A stretch of 64,000 bases of DNA from Iphione sp. A-MEVVRFRX5 (taxonomy: Eukaryota), in assembly GCA_976226885.1 (NCBI GenBank), contig OZ320313.1:156364001-156428000 (forward strand), written 5' to 3'. Below, in pieces: positions 11,844 to 26,761 of this stretch. Below the pieces are notes generated by a model. It made no database searches. It worked only from the letters and a program-made list of their open reading frames with translations, and had not been told where the DNA came from. A program made the position numbers and the translations under genes. The first letter of the stretch is position 1, and each line of letters starts with the position of its first letter.

Positions 11844-14069
11844 CGTCCCACTACGGTAAATAGCCAGCACGAACGGCCAAAGTTGCTGGTTCCAGCATGA
11901 ATATGGCGGTAATCTTCAGGTCTTTCCCCAATGTCAGTTCATGAACTACTTTCATTGAGAGGGCTTTTTTTCTGAAGGAGGCATAGCTAACCCGAGAATA
12001 TTCAATACGCTCGAATAAAAAAAAACAAAACATCATCTATGGATACCACAAACATGGTATGAAAAGAAAACATCACTTTTCTTCTTATTTGGCGGTTGGT
12101 AGACGGATGTTTAGATAATGAGTTGTTATTCTATCCAATTAATCAGGACGGTATGACGGGATCGTACTGTCATCCTAATCGCATGAATGTATCTATTGAC
12201 CACAGCCATTTCCATGTAACACGTTAAGTCCTTGTAATCCCGGCGATGGTGGCATGGATGTTATCGAACATGCAGGCAGTAAGCAAAAGCAGAATAACGT
12301 CGGGATAGATTTTGCTGTGGCTTACAGAATGGGGAATTGTATATGCGGGCATGTGAATGAATGGATGTGTCTTTAGGCACTGATCAATATTTCAAAAAGT
12401 AACACTTAAACATGTTAGTAATGAATAGTGTAGCACTGCACATGTTCTAGGTATTAAATACTCTGCAAGTTATACATTGAATCACGTTCGCCTTTCTGCC
12501 TGTTCTGTTGAAGTTTTCATGCCATCTATAAATGGGGAGGTTTCCCCACACATGAAAGACTCGACTGATATCGGAAGATCCATAGACTTAGCCTTTTAAT
12601 GCTGAGCGTGTTGGTCACAGCAGAAGTGTCATATGCATTTGCCTCGGGTGGCAACTGTAGGCTTCAGTGGGTAAGCTGAGGTTAGTGTAAGTCTGGAGGT
12701 CACAGACGGCCAGCCACTCACCAATCACCTTATGTGGATGAAGGGCCATTCTTTGATCATGTTTCCATCCGTTCCCCACTAAGAGGACTTTACCAACTGC
12801 TCTTGCCTTTTTTTTTCTAACTTTCCCTTCCATCAAAAGCCAGACGTCAGGCACAATTGCGGATTATGTCTGTGTAGTTATATCCGTGTCACAGGGACCA
12901 CTATCTGGCCTATTAGAAGCGGTGAAAAACTGTTCTCTACTATGCTGACAAATGGTTATTGCTGACAAACATCTCATAGAAAAGATTTAGTTGCCATTCA
13001 TACTTCACTTTACAGTCATCCATCATTTTGTTTAGATCTGTTCGACAGCTTTTCTGGCATAGTATTTACACGCTGCTGCCATAATGCCGTCGTCCACGAT
13101 GCATATTTGAACTCTCATGCTTCAAACCGAACTCTTTTTGTATTAAGAAAACCAAGTTCAGACGTACATTTGTCAAACAGATTATACGTTGACGCGTGGA
13201 CATGATTTCTAGACAGAGCGCATTGATTAAATTTGTAGTTGCTAATTTAAGAGTAGACCACGAACTAACCTCAGAAATGCTTTTAACGACATGACGTTTG
13301 AACATCTAGAGAGATGGAATCTACGATTACAGTGTGTTTTACTCTACGGCAGCACGCTTTTAATGAATGAATCTGGATTCTATCCAGGAAGATTTATGCA
13401 GCCACTCAAGCCTTCAGCTTAAAGGATAAGTACTTTTCCTAGAACCAGAAAGGTCATTCTAAGAACACTCGGGGTGCCGGGTACAGTGTTGACAATTCAA
13501 TACGTAGTCCGAGGTACAGTCCAGGCGTGGCTGATTACGACTTCTACATGACATAGATAACCATTTAAAAGTTCGAAGGTGCGGCAAATAACCATCAAAC
13601 CTCCCCTTGATCCTCTCCTGTATTGAAACAGCTTTAAATGTTTAAGACAAGTGGTCATCATACACTAACCTAGTCATTGATTTTCGCCATCAATAAATAT
13701 GAAGATATATATGGTAGAATGGGCCTCTGTTTATAACTGTGTCATTTCAAGAGCAGTGGGGGAAACGCTGAATTATCAGCATTATCACTGTTATAATCTA
13801 TAATGTGATATATAAGATAATCCGGTAAAAACGACAGTTGGAATACGACCTGTAGATTTTAAGTAACCACCCACTAGACAGCTCAAAATAAGCATTGTTT
13901 TGATACGCGGATAAGTGTATTAATAAAAAGAACATGGAAAAGCAGGAAATTAGGTGCAATTCCTAGTAATATTCATGGGTTGCTTAGAAACGCATGTAGG
14001 TGGAAGCAGTTTATTAGATGGAAATAAACCTCTCCTCGTATTGAGTAGTCATGAACGTTATGCCTCAGC

Positions 14070-14560
14070 AATTTTAATTCACAGTCTTGTTCTTTGCTAT
14101 GGAAACATGTTATCACGTATTTGTGAGTCAGGTATGATATCCAGAAAGAAGACTAAACAAAGTATGTAGTAAGAGCAAGATCAAATTAAACACCAAAATG
14201 AGAAGAATTTTGAACATCAAATGGTTCCATCATGTTTCATTGAAAGCAATCAAGAAACACACATACTAAACAGATCCATCTGAAATACTGAAAAAAAAGA
14301 AGGCTAACATGGTTTGGATATGTGATCAGGATGGAAAGAGATAGAAGCACCAAACAGTATATGGAGTGGCAACCTCAAGGTAAAATTAGGAGAGGCAGAC
14401 TGAAAATATCATGGAAGGAAGGACAATGACTTGAAAGAAATTGAAACATTATATGAAGAAGCAAAGAAATTAGCTCGACAGAAAGAGATGGTTTTCTTGG
14501 GTAGCTGCCTTGTGTGCTTCCTAACATGAGAAGAATTAAAGATTAAGTTAAAGGTAAGGT
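14070..14560 (+). mobile_element. Degenerate 3' end of an RTE-like LINE
   Basis: Frameshifted pieces VLCYG..., MRRILNIKWFHHVS..., KRRLTWFGYVIRM...KQYMEWQPQGKIRRGR...SW and ...LPCV resemble the RTE ORF C-terminus (VLLYG.ETW / LRRIL.I.W / RRLRW.GH / W.P.GKR.RGRP..TW). Confidence 0.7.
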
Positions 14561-14811
14561 ATAACATCCTTCCACTATACACCTAGATGGATATTTATTA
14601 AAGAAGAATCGATTTTTTCGTAAAGCACAGTGCCCATCCTTTTCTCTGTTCCTATATGAGAAGGTGTGCAAATATATCACAAAGCCAAACCAACACATAC
14701 AGCTTCAGAGGATTTAAACGTATGAACATGTCATTCTAGGGGTGTCTACAGAGACCTCAGTATGGTAAGATGAAATATGCTTTGGAGGTGACTGAACTAT
14801 GGTTAATTGGT

Positions 14812-15259
14812 TGCACTCCTCAAACCCACTATAACTCAGGACTTTACTCCCCAAACTCTTTGTAACTGGGGATTTTACTCCTAAAGCTCACCACAGCTCA
14901 GGATTTTACTCCTTACAGTCACCACAAATCTGGTATTTACTCCTCGAACTCACCACAACTCAGCTTTTACTCCTCAAACTCATTACAAATCTCTCTCCTC
15001 TGTGGTATGTGTTTGTATGTGCATGTATATATTAGGAAATTTACTAGAAGTCAGATTTTTACCCACAAACCCACTACAACTCACGGTTTTACTCCTCAAA
15101 CTGACTACAATGGAGGATTTTATTCCTCAAATTCATCAGCATCAAGTATTTTACTCCTCAATTTCACCACGACTCAGGATTTTACTCCTCAAACGTACTG
15201 GTACTCAGATCTTTATTTTCAAACTCGCCAGAACTTTACTCCTAAATCTCATTACAAAT

Positions 15260-15260
<1 letters not shown>
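14812..15260. repeat. ~30-bp minisatellite (ttttactcctcaaactcaccacaactcagga-like), in two blocks
   Basis: Recurring ttttactcct at ~30-nt spacing, interrupted at ~14993-15055; both blocks end in ctcattacaaat + tctctcctct. Confidence 0.9.
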
Positions 15261-15305
<45 letters not shown>

Positions 15306-15333
15306 GTCTCTCTCTCTCTCTCTCTCTCTCTCT
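15261..15333. repeat. (CT)n microsatellite
   Basis: Read directly from the sequence. Confidence 0.98.
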
Positions 15334-18300
15334 ATGCTGTGTGTTTGTGTATTCGTGTGTGTGCCATGCTTTAAGTGAGATACACACCTTGAAGAGTAAG
15401 TACTTGATACATTCCCCAAGCAGGGATACACTCGGCTGTGCCTCGTGCTAATTCCTGCTGTGAGAATATATTATGTACAGCGCTCTACTCGGTACGTACA
15501 TGTTGATTAATTGTACACACAACACTGTTATTTCGTAACGTTCAACAATTAAGCACAACTTTGCTTTATGAGGCCACTACATGTATTTAAGTTTGAGACA
15601 CTATATTGAATTTCGAACTTCAAGGAGAATGATGCTTTTAAAAACGGTCTGATTTGGTCCATACGGTTTACTTTTCGGTTATCATTTGCCCATTGCACTC
15701 GTGAGAATTCCAATAAATTTATATGCCTGTGTAGATCAAGAAAATATCAGTGCCCTCCTGAATACTTCATTCTTTCCATATATCGCTTCACTGCGACTTG
15801 ATTCAAGGGCGACAACCTGCCTGAAGGCCCAATAACGTACATAAGGTAGCGATGTACAGCACCTCTGAATAAAGCAAAACATAGAATACCTCAAGTACAG
15901 CATCACAGTTTCGTTCCCGAAGGGTTCAGTAGTGGGCGGGACTTTTTTGACACGATGTGGGTGTAGCACAGCTCGTATTTACGAAAGAGGACGCGAGAAC
16001 CACTGCACTCACCCACGAGGCGACTGCTATGCCATACATTATGTAAAGCCCACAGGAAAGTATAGATATGCGTTTTTTCGTTGCTTTGATGTGCTCTGAG
16101 CTAACGGAAAAGATGACTACAACTAGAAGCCTATTACTGCAAACGAATAAAAGATATAGAGCTTTATGCCGTGCAATATGTGAATACACACACAGAAATA
16201 TCGCCTTTGTCATCATGAAGGGATGCACTGAGCGGCGATGGAATCGAAAAACTATGAAACATTTTGAAAGTTTCCATTTTGTATTAGTCTCATCCCCACC
16301 GTACGTCCTCCTTACACATAAAACATCTGATGATAACGCATTCTAAAGCACGAGTTACTCAGGCATAGCTGCAGTTTTTTTTTTACCAGTAAACGAAAGC
16401 CCAACATTCGATGCCTTAATGAGGGGGACTTCGCCAGGTATGGTGACCTTGGACGCTCCACCTTCTCCGAGTGGCCATCCATTATTTACCGCCACTGTAG
16501 TCGTGGGGATCACGGCTCGCCGCGAACTCAATTCATAAGGAGACACTTCAGCCTGGAAACCCTGAATTAACCCTTTTGGCTTGCACCAGTCACAATAACC
16601 GGGACACTGTTTGCCCATTTATTAAAGCGCCTGGGGCTGGGCTGCAAGGACTAGCTGTACGTGTTTGTGGAGTAGACGGTATGAAGACAGACATCTGAGA
16701 TTTGCCTTTTTTTAAGTTGTTCTGTGATGCAGAATATCAAAAGCGAGCCTATCTGATTTTTTTGGTGTGTTTTTTTATCGGCCGCCCTCTTCATACTAGC
16801 CCTAGATATTTGACATAGGTTTTTTTACTGGCCACTTTATGCGCGGCTCGGAATATGTTCACTCACACATCCTTTCATATGATTTTAGGCACACAAAGAG
16901 CAAGGTTTGAATAAAGTCTAGTCTAATGGAAAATTTTCTGAGTGAATAAGCGGACTGTGGATATCTGACAGTTTCTATAATATATATTATACCTGTAAGG
17001 CTGCTAATTGAGGCTGTTGCGATAGAGGATTTTATGTACTACTTTTGTTCCTCTAAATCATATGGTATACCTCATGTAAAATACGCATTTGGTTGTTTGT
17101 GTCAAGCCCTATCATCCAGACTCTTAATTGCCGTTTCATGGGACTAACGATTAAGGCTGTGGAGGCCCCACTATAGTTAGCAAGGTTACTAACTCAAAAC
17201 GTATACGGAAGCATTGCTCAAAAGGTCAGATCTTGCCACTATTAGCCAGCAACCCATGTGGTGTGCAGCCTCTGGAGGGAATCGCCCCCCGCCCCCACTT
17301 CCCCTCACTCATGACTTTCATCACGTTCATCGTCTCGACGTCCGGGCGTCCATTCCGCCCCTTTCCAAATTGCAATGCAGAAGGCGCGGCGCACACCGGA
17401 TGACAGCATGGCCAGCCGCAGGCGGCAGCATGCCTAATTAATGGCCGCGAGATTGGCCAGCCGAGCCTTTTGATTGCACATGATTAATCAGCCTCACGCG
17501 CCGCGAGAAACAAGTGCTTTCTCCCGGCGCGGATGGCCACTATGGACGACGATGACGGCGGCGACGGCGGCGGTGACGGTGGGAATGGCCGTCCCGCGAA
17601 CGTTTGGCCCGCATCAAGGGAGACGAAATCCCATCATTGGATGTAAAGCCCTGAGATGGTACCTTGCGAAATGGGTATTTCTATGTACATGTATAATCCC
17701 GCACCAATGAACGTGGTACGGGCCGATTGATTTTGAACGCTATCCTTGTGTAGATAAGGTGTTGGCTATTTGGGCACTGATAAAGGTGGTCCGAATAAAA
17801 TGACCTCTTATTCGGGATTGCCTGTTAGGATATGACCTTTTTTTGCATGTTACCCCCCCCTCCAAGTTTGACAAAGCATTCAATGGGATCTCGTGAATAC
17901 CTACGTATTGCTTAATATTCTGCCGATGCATTATTTCCAGAACTGTCGACTCAGCTATTTCCATTCGTCCCTAGTCACGAGGCTGCTGCTGCTAGTGAAA
18001 TCCCACCCGGCGGCCCCGCACCGCTGGGACTAGCACTTGTTGACATTTTCCAGCGGTCGTAAATGGCGATGCCAACGCGTCAAGTCTCCTTGGAACCCAC
18101 GGTGCTTCGCTCATCATGCGGGCCCCAATTCGCCGCACCGATACATGAGAATGCTCCTATATGAGAAGCGATATGGGCCTGGTGTGCGCCGACCGCTGAC
18201 CACCTCTGTCAGTTGATTTTAAGCAGGTTACGCCGAGCAGCCCCCCCCGGCCCCCGTCAAAGTGGAAAGTGAAAAAAATCTTCCCAACATCGTCTTTAAT

Positions 18301-18800
18301 GAACCTTTAACTGGCACCTTATCCGCAGGAAAGCGAAGAGCAGGGCGAACTGCACCTAACGCCTGTCCTGTGATCGGATTGGTGGACCTTGAGGCAGGTT
18401 CGCACCGACTGCCTTTGGAATAGGCTATTGGCTGTCGACGGCGGACTGATGGCTACAGGGTCCAGGACGCCAAGGCACGTCGGTGTGAATGTATGTTTGT
18501 GTGTCGCCCGCCGTGCCGGTGTAATTGGCTCCATTTGGGAGCCCCAAGCCGCCGCGTATCGTTTACTGTTTGTCTGCTCTCCGGCAGGGAGTCAAGCGAA
18601 GCAAAGTAAGAGACACGTACCAGTCGTCCCCACGACGAACCAAGCATCCACAGAGGTCCCAACGGGGCGTCGGAGCCGGACCAAAACTACTCGGACTGCG
18701 TGCTAATGTCCTCCATCAGAGTGAAGCCTCTTAAGCATGGGGATAAGATTTCCTCAGTAGATGTGTCATGTTTTATTACGATGGAAATCATCAAAAGACT

Positions 18801-19021
18801 GTTCAGCATCCTATCTGTACAGTTACCTTTTCACGATGAGGACGTCCCAGTAGTTTGATTCTTAAGATTCGGCTTTTGAAATTGACACGGTCAAGGTATT
18901 GCAAATTATATGTTCAGCTTCATATCTGTACAATTACCTTTTCTACATGAGGACGTCATAGCTTGGTTCTTAATATTCAGCTTTTGAAATGGATATGATC
19001 ATGGTATTGCAAATTACATGT
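18801..19021. repeat. Diverged ~111-bp tandem duplication
   Basis: gttcagc.tc.tatctgtaca.ttaccttt...atgaggacgtc...ggtattgcaaatta.atg occurs at 18801 and again at 18912. Confidence 0.85.
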
Positions 19022-22000
19022 GATTTAAGGCCTTTGAACATAGGTCGGCTGCAGGCGAACATTTGACCTCATTGCACGAAGCAAGAAAGTACAGGACGTT
19101 TTCCCTGGTTCAAATTATCAAAAAGGAAACCGAGGCGATCGCCTTCCATTTACATGAAAGGACCTACTTTTAATGCTGACAATCAAACCTCAGTTGCGAG
19201 GGCCATCAGGAAGTTTCAATAAATTTATTTCGGTTGGCCACATGTGTTTTATTGTGGTAAGATACTTGATGACTACACAGCATGAAACGGAACTTTTTAT
19301 TATTTGCCCTATTTATTTTAGTAAGTGTGATAAATTGGCTACCGGATTTATCAAATTAATTCACAAACGTCAGCAAACTTAACATAAAAAATCATTTAAC
19401 TTCTCTAACCACAGTCCTGTTTCAGAAACCATCAGTTTTATCCAATCCCTGACTGGTCACATGATTCATTAACTACAGAATAAATCCTTTACAGGCAGCC
19501 ACTCATACGCGAGATTGCATCAGAACAATGGTTCTCCGGCTCTATGCTTCCCTACTACACGTTCTCTGTCTGCTACAGACAGCACAAGATACTGCCTTTG
19601 GATCAATCAGTGAAAAGCAGCAATCAGATCAAAAAGCCTGTCTTTCCCTACGCAGGTTCGCCTTAGTCCCAGTATATAGTTGGGGAGTAGTGGGAAACTT
19701 TCTAGTTTTCTTCGTATGTCTGTAAATATTTTGTTTACCCACGTTAAAATTTGATGACATGTAATTTAACTACATAAGACAGCGTATCTACCATACAGTG
19801 GTGTCACACTGTTTCACAATGGATCAACAAATGTTAGAAGCTCACTTTAGGGAGAGCAGGCGAAATTATAGCCTACTGTGCCTTATAGATAATGTGACGT
19901 TACTTATCCGCAAACGTTCCCCTGGAAAATAGTTCAATGAATAATAAAAATGCAAAATTGATTGACACTTTGACAGTTTATGAGTAGGTACAAGCAGTAT
20001 CTCAGTCAAATATACAAGACTTGATTTTAAGTTCATGTTAGCAATATCCCAACAGTTGATCCTAGTAACGAAATATACTCGTAAAACGGCATCTGCTCAA
20101 TATGAGCGTATCAGGATAACTTATACGAGAGGATTTGAGAAGTAATTTAAGCAGTTATGATGTTCATGTCAAAGGAACGGTATAAGAATCCTTATATGAA
20201 TATTGCAGCCCATGGTCCCAGCTGTCAATCACGGTAGATTAAGATTTGAATGCCTCATAGTTAGCTCTGTGCGTTAGTGTCTGCTCCTTCGCTGAATGTA
20301 GCTAACCTATGCATATGCCATAGGTTTGGTTAAAAATCTGATGTTCTACATTGAAACCTCAAGTCCTAGTTTCTAAGGTGTTGGTGTGAATAATAAAAAA
20401 ATCTACTTTTGTAAATATGAAAATAATAGCTCGAACAGAACCCCACTACAAGAAATCTACACTTATTTCACATGTTACATTTATATGAAGTTATTAGTTA
20501 TTTCTGTAATGTCCAGTCTCGATGCAGTCTGGTAATGCATGTAGAGTCAGAACATGATAGCTAGAGAAATATCCAGGAAGGGTGATAGTCGAGAGACATA
20601 AGGCCCAAGATGCTGCCTACACCAGCGGCATACCGAACAATTATGGGGTCTATTCATGGATAACGTGTCCCATGCTGATCAAACTGATCCCTGTAATCAG
20701 CCTGTAGACCAAGAGCCCTCCTGGATCAGGTACACGTAAATGGTCTCGTAATGTATTTAATAATAACGTACCTGGCAAATTCTGCAGAGGAGAATACAGC
20801 CAATACCCTTCACATATTAACCATGTTGTGTACTACTCACAGCTAGGTGGCAGACCGACCTGCGTGGAGAGGGGGTCAATTTTTAGGGCGAGGATTGTCT
20901 TTGTTCATCGTGGTCAGAAAGTGCATGTCCTAAGGAGTGCTGGAAGCTTTGCCCAATGTTTGACATATCGTAGGCCTCTTGTTCAGGTTTCACATTCGGA
21001 CTTACTTCGGCACCCTATGCTCTGCGTTTCAGGTTGCCACGAAAGGCTAGTCAACATTGCTTCCAATGAATCTGATTAAGAATGGTGTAGCGTATACCTG
21101 ACTATGGACATGGGTGCGGAGGTTTTACTACTCCACAAGCTCCTTCGGAAGCTGTGATCTGGGTCTTCCATATATCAATCTGTTAAAGTAATCGTCCCGA
21201 TGAAGTTACTTTTGCTTGGATATATCGGATGGATAGTGATTATTCCGGCAATACACAGAAATGTTGAGATGGAAAATATTGATGTAATAATTGATGGAAT
21301 TCATGTTTCATGAAATCATCTTAAAAGTTTTAATCAATAAATAAAACATCATTTCTGACTTTCCTCAATCAAAAGGAAAGCAATGCACGCTGTACATATC
21401 GTTAAAAATGCCACTCTACTTTCAACATTGACCTCCCCACATTGCTGACATGAAACCTAAACCTTTGAAGTAGCGTTTTCTACAGTGTCTGGAGCAAGCT
21501 AGCTATGTCCATTTCGCTCTGGTCTGGTTTGCTGCGTGAGGTCTTGGTCCATGAGAAACCACAACGCGGGGTCTCAGTCAATGGGGGGGGGGGGATGCTT
21601 ACCGTCTTGTCCTAGTCCCGAGAGCTTGCTAGAGCATATAGACACATCTATCCGTGCCTTTAAAAAGAACTAAATCTACGCCTAGGAACATCTTTTCCAT
21701 CACCTCAGGGTCATCCCACCCACTTCCCGTGTTGTGTGCACCCTCGACCTGCTCCTCGAAAGGTGCTATGTGGAGTCTTGTGTTCTGCCGAAACCTCCAT
21801 AGAGAGTTTCACCGACATTGAAATACGGGGGAAGGGGGGAGGGACACTGATATGGAGACGGGTGGCAGTGTGAGTGAAGTAGCTGTGGGAGAGATAAATC
21901 GCCTGTATCTGACATTAGGAGTATGACGAACCGCCGGGCTGCCTGCTTACACCTGGGCCCTTGAATCAGTGCCAGGCAGCAACAGCAACCGGTCATCTAG

Positions 22001-22178
22001 CAGAAATACAAGACATCTCACAGTGCGGGTTGCGGACAGCCAAGCCAAGTACCTCATCCCTATAAGTCGTTTAATGCTGACTCTTTTCGTTCGTATAAGC
22101 AAGCGCCATGGCGGATGGCACTCTGACCCCCGCCGTCTATCACAGCCTTGTGTTCATCGATCTGCAGACAGGATTTAA

Positions 22179-22196
22179 CGCCCCCTGGTGACGTCA
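22179..22196 (-). promoter_or_regulatory. CTCF-like core CACCAGGGGGCG overlapping a CRE palindrome TGACGTCA
   Basis: Plus strand cgccccctggtgacgtca; motif match only. Confidence 0.35.
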
Positions 22197-23845
22197 AGGG
22201 CCTTTCAAATGGTGATTGATACTTGGTTTTCGTTGGTTTTACGGAGGGCGGAACTCCTTTTATCGCCACCGGAGCCCAGCGGACTTGCAGAGAAAGGAAC
22301 AGCAGAATGATTCTTGTCCCTGCCACTAGGTGCTCTTAGCCGCCTTTTCACTGCGCGCCAACGGGAATGGTCCACGCGTCAAGGAGAAACAAGAAATAGG
22401 CTCCCTTTTAAAGTGAGGAGAAAAGTAGCATTCGCTGCGATCACTGTTAAAAGCTTGAGAAGCATGTCCATTGGTGACCCGTGTCACAGACGGATGGGGA
22501 AGTATTCTTTTTACAGCAATCGGAACTTTCACAAGAATATTTGAGAAATTCAAGTGCGAAAGTTGTGTTTGATAAGAAATAGGTAGAACCAGGATTCAAA
22601 TATTGCAGGGATTACTGAAAATAAGTAGCATTTCAATATATATTCGAAAAATTCACCTTATCTCCTATGGCTCTTAAGTAAATTAACGTCTATGATCCCC
22701 TATAAGTATGCGTGTAACTCTAGCTGTGTACAAGTCTGCAAATCGGCGAAAATGTGAGGATGGACAGAGTATTTCCAGGATGGCGTATACATGTATACAG
22801 TTGTTTAAAAATAAATGAGAAGGAGACATTTTGCTGGCGTCAATTTCTCATCACATGCACGTGGTCCTAGGGAACAAATGGTTTTCACCATGTACTTATA
22901 CATTTGTATTCTAGGGGTCGTGCTAAATTATAACAATAAGCGCCTGTCTACTCTTTTAATGCACTTTTCACGCGCATAGATCAGTCACAGAGGGCGTGAG
23001 TGGTTCAGGCATGCAGAGGTGCATTACTTTATATTAATTAAGGGCATACGGATATGAAACATAATTTCAACGGGTGATGTGGGAAGCTCAGTTTGATGAC
23101 TTCACCTTGTTCTGAAACCAATGCAGAAAACCTTATATAATAATCGATTTGAAAAATCACTATATTTTCGCTATAACATGAATCGATTTGAAATTATGAT
23201 ATTGTATATGATTTTGAAATGCCTCCGATTACACATTTATATAATATACATGAATCGTGTGTGTATAATACACAGAACCGGATAGGAGAACCCCAGAAAA
23301 CAACAAAAATCTACGTGTTGCTTTTTACAATGCAGAAATAAAGCAGGACCTCACGGCTTAGTTCGAATTCATGGGATGTCCCATTAAGGGGATGTTTGAA
23401 GTCCTAAAGGGCACCACGTAGAGCTTGTAAGATGCTATGGAAGTCCAAAGTGTACCCAAAGCTGCTGATGCTGTTGGAGCCCAAAGTCTAAGGGTGTCCC
23501 CTGTCTATGATGTCCCCAGCTGTGAGTTTCTTCTGCATACTCCTAGACTTACCTAGACATCGTTTAACCATGACCGACTGAGGCGGGGATGGCCCTCTCC
23601 ACTTTAAAAGTCATCCACACAGCATAGTACTGCCCGCTAAGGCCTCTCGGTTTAGCTCCTGCAATATACAGAAACATGCTCTCTGAGTACTCGTGACACC
23701 GTAAATGTGAGTTCAGTTAAAAGGCGAGCAAATCACAGATCAAAGGAGCAAATGAATGTATGCAATCCTTTAGCCATGGTGTACATGTACATGTAGATGT
23801 TAACCCCTCCCAGACCCCATAACATAGAGCTTGTTGAATAGTTAT

Positions 23846-24189
23846 GGCCAAAGAAAAAATTATGCGTGTTTCTGGTAACGACCAGCCAAAAACCTAGGTA
23901 TTGAGGGGGTATTTTTTTTTAAATTTTCCACTTTCTTCCTCTGGTTTTCAATAATAATAAAGATAATATGAAGAATTTTGACCAATTTGCATGAGTTTTA
24001 CAGTTCTTTGCTGAATTTCCATGGATTTTGTTGTTTTTCTACTGAAACTACCAAAGATATGTGCAGTGAAAACACATATCTAAGGAAATTCAGCCTTGAA
24101 AGCTATTTTGGGCCAAAAAACTTTTAGGTAGGGTGAGGTTTTACTAGGTAGGTGTGGATGGCCAGAAACACACCTATTTTTGGGGGGCC
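23846..24189. mobile_element. MITE family copy 2 (inverted relative to copy 1)
   Basis: Reverse complement aligns with 10536-10895 along its length (e.g. ttgaccaatttgcatgagttt.acagttctttgctgaa.ttccatgga). Confidence 0.75.
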
Positions 24190-26761
24190 TGACTGTAGGT
24201 TTTATATATCATGTTTAGTAATAAGGTTTAATACAAGAGATATTAATAGTATTATATACCATGTGAAAGCTCTTGAATTGCATGTTATTTTAGAAACATT
24301 GTCATTTTATATTTTGGGCAGCCATGGCAACAAGATAGGACTGAACGTATGATATGATTTAGAAAAAGTATCCATAATTTACCCTAATTTATATCAGTGG
24401 CAGACAAACATTAAAGAATATTGCTCCTAGAAGAACTTGATCATTAATAAAGTGTTCAGCAGGTGATTTCCAGTATTCTGATACCTATTTTGTCTCTGTA
24501 AGTGATCTCAAACACATTTTATCATGACCTGTAAGTATACGTCTCATTGAAAAGTAGTATGTCACCATGTGCATTAGCATCATTGATGTGTCATGGGATA
24601 TATAAAAAGTGAACATAATCATAATTGCTTAAAGTCAACTAGTAAAATATGACTCCCAACAAAGCAAACAATAAATTTCCTCATCCTTCTCATGGAAGAA
24701 AATTGACAAAAGAGTGTCTTCATTACTTGAACATTAAATGTGCTTATTAGAAAGTATTATGGAATCACTACATAGAATTTTGTCGGAATAAAGATTTTAT
24801 GGGGCATCATTAGTTGCACTTTTAGTAGTGTTCCATCTGATGATTCATTGAATGCAGCTGATAACCTGTAGGGATAAACCCTTTTGTGTTTCACAAGAAT
24901 ATTTTAATAATATAACAAATAATTCAACTATTGAAAGTTTCAAAACGATCATTCTTTACTGTACGATCCGTCAGTATGTAATGTGGAGCTACAATAGGTT
25001 CGACTATCATCTATATTTATATTTGTAGGGTTACTAGATCCATAACCTATATTATTGCCTATCAAGACGTGAGACTATTACAACAACCAGTATATTTCAT
25101 TGATCGTTTGAATCTCAGCAATTCACTTGTGCATAAAAACTACGAAATGCAACCTTCCATGGGACGTTTGTCTAACGGAAACAATAATCTGTTCGAACAG
25201 CTTCGAATCTTCGCTCACTATCCACGTGAACATTATTTAGATAAGAAACGATGTTCAAATGCCACAAATATTCTAAATATATATTATTATGATGTTTCCA
25301 TTTTGGTGAAAAGCAATGAGTATAACATATGTGACTTTCTTACAATCCATGATTTCGATAAAGACAATGGGTTCCCATGCACGGCAGACACAAGCAGACA
25401 CAAAACTTTGCCTAAAAGGATGAATTAAAGTAATATGATCAAATTACGTCATTCGATCTCTGAGCCCTTTTGAAGTTTGCGTGAAAAATGTAAAATTACA
25501 GATCATGACAGATTGTCCTCTTGACCACATATAAAACGTAGGTGTCAGGATATCGCAAATCACCTGCTTAACACTTTCTTGAATGTTTTCTTCCAGAAAC
25601 AACAGTTGTCAATGTTCCCCTCCCAATAATACAAATGAGTAGCACTTTAATGTAAATTTGTTAAATCATGTCGAACTTTTAATCATGTCTCGTTGCCATA
25701 GCAACCCGATTAATGTGATAGTATTTCGAAATAATGTGCTATTCATTGGCTATCACATCAATTATTATAACAATGCAAACCATCTCCTGTAAACCCAGCA
25801 GCTCAACGTTGTATATATGAGATATGAGCATTATTTGTGTACATGTCGCCAAGCAACTTGTTGCCATGTTACTAGGTACCTAACTGCTGGTCTGTCCGCT
25901 TTTTCTGGCAAAAGAAGGCCGCAATATAATTGCGTTTTATCCAGGTACACCAAAACATTGACAGTTAGAGGCGATTTCGGAAGCCTGCATTATCGTATCC
26001 TAACATGAAGTTGCGATCCAGTATATCGTCAAATACCGTCTCTTGTATAAATTGATTCTGTTGTTTGCAGTAATTAGGTGTACCTAATCACCATGTTTCC
26101 AAGAGATAAATAAATATTAAGATCGATTATGCTTCCGGAGGCAACTTATGATTGTGTTCATTTATTTACATGATTGAGACACATCGGTTTTTTTCTGTTA
26201 GGATGGTACTGTGTTTTCTCAATAATAACCATTCTAAGATTCTAACTCAGAAGAAAAGACGTAAAGTAAAAAGTACCGTTGAGTTTTATATTTTCAATTA
26301 AATGAAACACAGGTTTTCTTTGCTCGGTGCGGGCAGAAAGGGACAGTTTAGAAAGTGGTAACTCATACTCATCATAGCTCAAGGTGGTCTCAATCGTCAC
26401 TAAAAGTTCACTTTATGACGAAGTGTTTAGCTTGAACAGCTTATTAATTAGACGGCGATGCGCCGTCTTAAGATCCACATTAATTTCTCATTTTCACTAA
26501 ACGAGGCAGGCAAGGCGCCCGAAGAACTATCCTTTGACTATCGGAGCTTAATAGGCGAGGCCAGAACCGAAGGCAGCTTGTCAAAGCAGGCCGCTAAAAT
26601 ATGACAAACTCTCCTGCCGCACGTTTCCGACAGCTTCACGTAGTGCTCCCCCTCTTTCCCCCGCCTTTTTTCTCTCTCCCCGAAGTCCATGTTCATTCTA
26701 CCTGCCCGTTTTTTTGAGTCCTGGAGGAACAGTTGCACAACCGACGTCGAGGCTATCAGGA

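Noticed and set aside
15002-15451. 149-aa and 123-aa ORFs
   Set aside because: Arise from the stop-free minisatellite and (CT)n tract.
22060-22326. MAGTRIILLFLSLQ signal-peptide-like ORF
   Set aside because: The start is GTG with an upstream in-frame stop, and there is no suitable phase-1 donor.
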